This document shows, piece by piece, positions 1 through 64,000 of a stretch of DNA of 64,000 nt (positions are counted from its first letter, which is position 1; each line of letters begins with the position of its first letter). The translations under genes and the position numbers were made by a program. The notes beneath the pieces are model-generated. The model saw only the letters and a program-made list of their open reading frames with translations. It made no database searches and was not told the origin of the DNA. This stretch comes from Eledone cirrhosa (taxonomy: Eukaryota): the NCBI GenBank assembly GCA_964016885.1, contig OZ024766.1:6944001-7008000 (forward strand). The letters run 5' to 3'.

Positions 1-493
1 TTACTCAGCTGTAGAAATGAGATGATAGGGACTGGGGTCCCTATCATTCCACTGCAAAGTGGTCGTGGAGGTGCCACGGCAAAAAAGCACCCAGCACTCA
101 CTGTAAAGTGGAGGTGCCACGGCAAAAAAGCACCCAGCACTCACTGCAAAGTGGTCGTGGAGGTGCCACAGTAAAAAAGCACCCAGCACTCACTGTAAAG
201 TGGTCGTGGAGGTGCCACGGCAAAAAAGCACCCAGCACTCACTGTAAAGTGGACGTGGAGGTGCCATGGCAAAAAAGCACCCAGCACTCACTGCAAAGTG
301 GTCGTGGAGGTGCCACGGCAAAAAAGCACCCAGCACTCACTGTAAAGTGGTCGTGGAGGTGCCATGGCAAAAAAGCACCCAGCACTCACTGCAAAGTGGT
401 CGTGGAGGTGCCACAGTAAAAAAGCACCCAGCACTCACTGTAAAGTGGTCGTGGAGGTGCCACGGCAAAAAAGCACCCAGCACTCACTGTAAA
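1..493 (+). mobile_element. tRNA-SINE (family A) body with about 9 copies of a 49 bp internal unit
   Basis: Matches the body of the full SINE at 49324; unit gtggtcgtggaggtgccacggcaaaaaagcacccagcactcactgtaaa. Confidence 0.85.
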
Positions 494-583
494 GTATATC
501 ATCAACCTATGGTGATTTTATAATCAGGGCAAAGGCCTTATGTTCACCCAAGTCCTTATCTTTGCTCTGTATGTCTTTAACAG

Positions 584-63338
<62,755 letters not shown>

Positions 63339-64000
63339 GTAAGTAGTGTGTATATATCATCATCGTCATCATCATCATCATGATTTTACGTCCCCTTTTC
63401 CCTTTTAACAGTATTGGTTATAGATGCTATCGCCACTTTAGCAGGGTGGTAGAATCAGTGGTCGTTAGTTGCCAGTGTGGTAAGTGATAGTATCCTCGTT
63501 GGATTATCTTGTTGACATAGACGTGAGGGAAGGTCCCTCGATCTATTTACCATCTATTTACAATATTCCTTTCGTCAGGTCGCCAATTCCAGCAGCATGG
63601 ACTAAAGATGTCATTGAGACACGAGTAACATAACAACGATTTCAACAGCAGCAATTAGAGATGAAATGTGTGTTTATTTTTGATGTAGTACAAACAATGT
63701 TTGTTTATTTATATGGTTGAAGTTACAGATAAAAAGAGGTTACAAAAGGGAATGTGCCATAGCGCCGTTAAGCCGGCGAGGCTAGGGGTGCAAATCTCAC
63801 CGTTACATTATGCGTGTTGCTGGCTCGAAGTTTCTGGTACAAGAGAGAGATTCTTCAAATCTTCGCGGGGAATTTCTTCCTCAGGGCGCGTAGGGATACA
63901 TTCTCTTCTACTGGCACTGATTGGCTGAACTGAGCCAAATCACGCACAGAGAATGTAGGTCACTACACCCTGCTTGCAAGGGTGGGATGGGTCTTATTCA

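Overview
Eukaryotic, microsatellite- and SINE-rich genomic DNA, most likely from an octopod cephalopod (inferred from repeat content, not proven). The whole window lies inside one + strand gene, a laminin subunit alpha of the alpha3/5 (Drosophila LanA) class. I traced 34 consecutive GT-AG exons by hand (584-63338; 5935 coding nt, about 1978 aa, all splice phases consistent, no stop). They encode the end of the L4a/LF region, LE repeats, L4b, more LE repeats, the coiled coil and LG1-LG3; both gene ends lie outside the window. Almost all long ORFs in the track are artefacts of simple or tandem repeats. The introns hold tRNA-derived SINEs with an RTE-type 3' end, RTE and CR1-group LINE fragments, piggyBac-type and Tc1/mariner-type MITEs and many minisatellites. 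The main unexpected signal is about ten type I hammerhead-ribozyme motifs of several sequence families on both strands. Several sit in asymmetric inverted repeats inserted in (TA)n tracts, as expected for Penelope-like pLTRs. Other notable points are a 3.3 kb foldback palindrome, 3' splice sites separated from their pyrimidine tract by up to about 1 kb of AG-free microsatellite, and inverted SINEs around an in-frame exon pair. All folds and alignments were done by eye; repeat boundaries are approximate.
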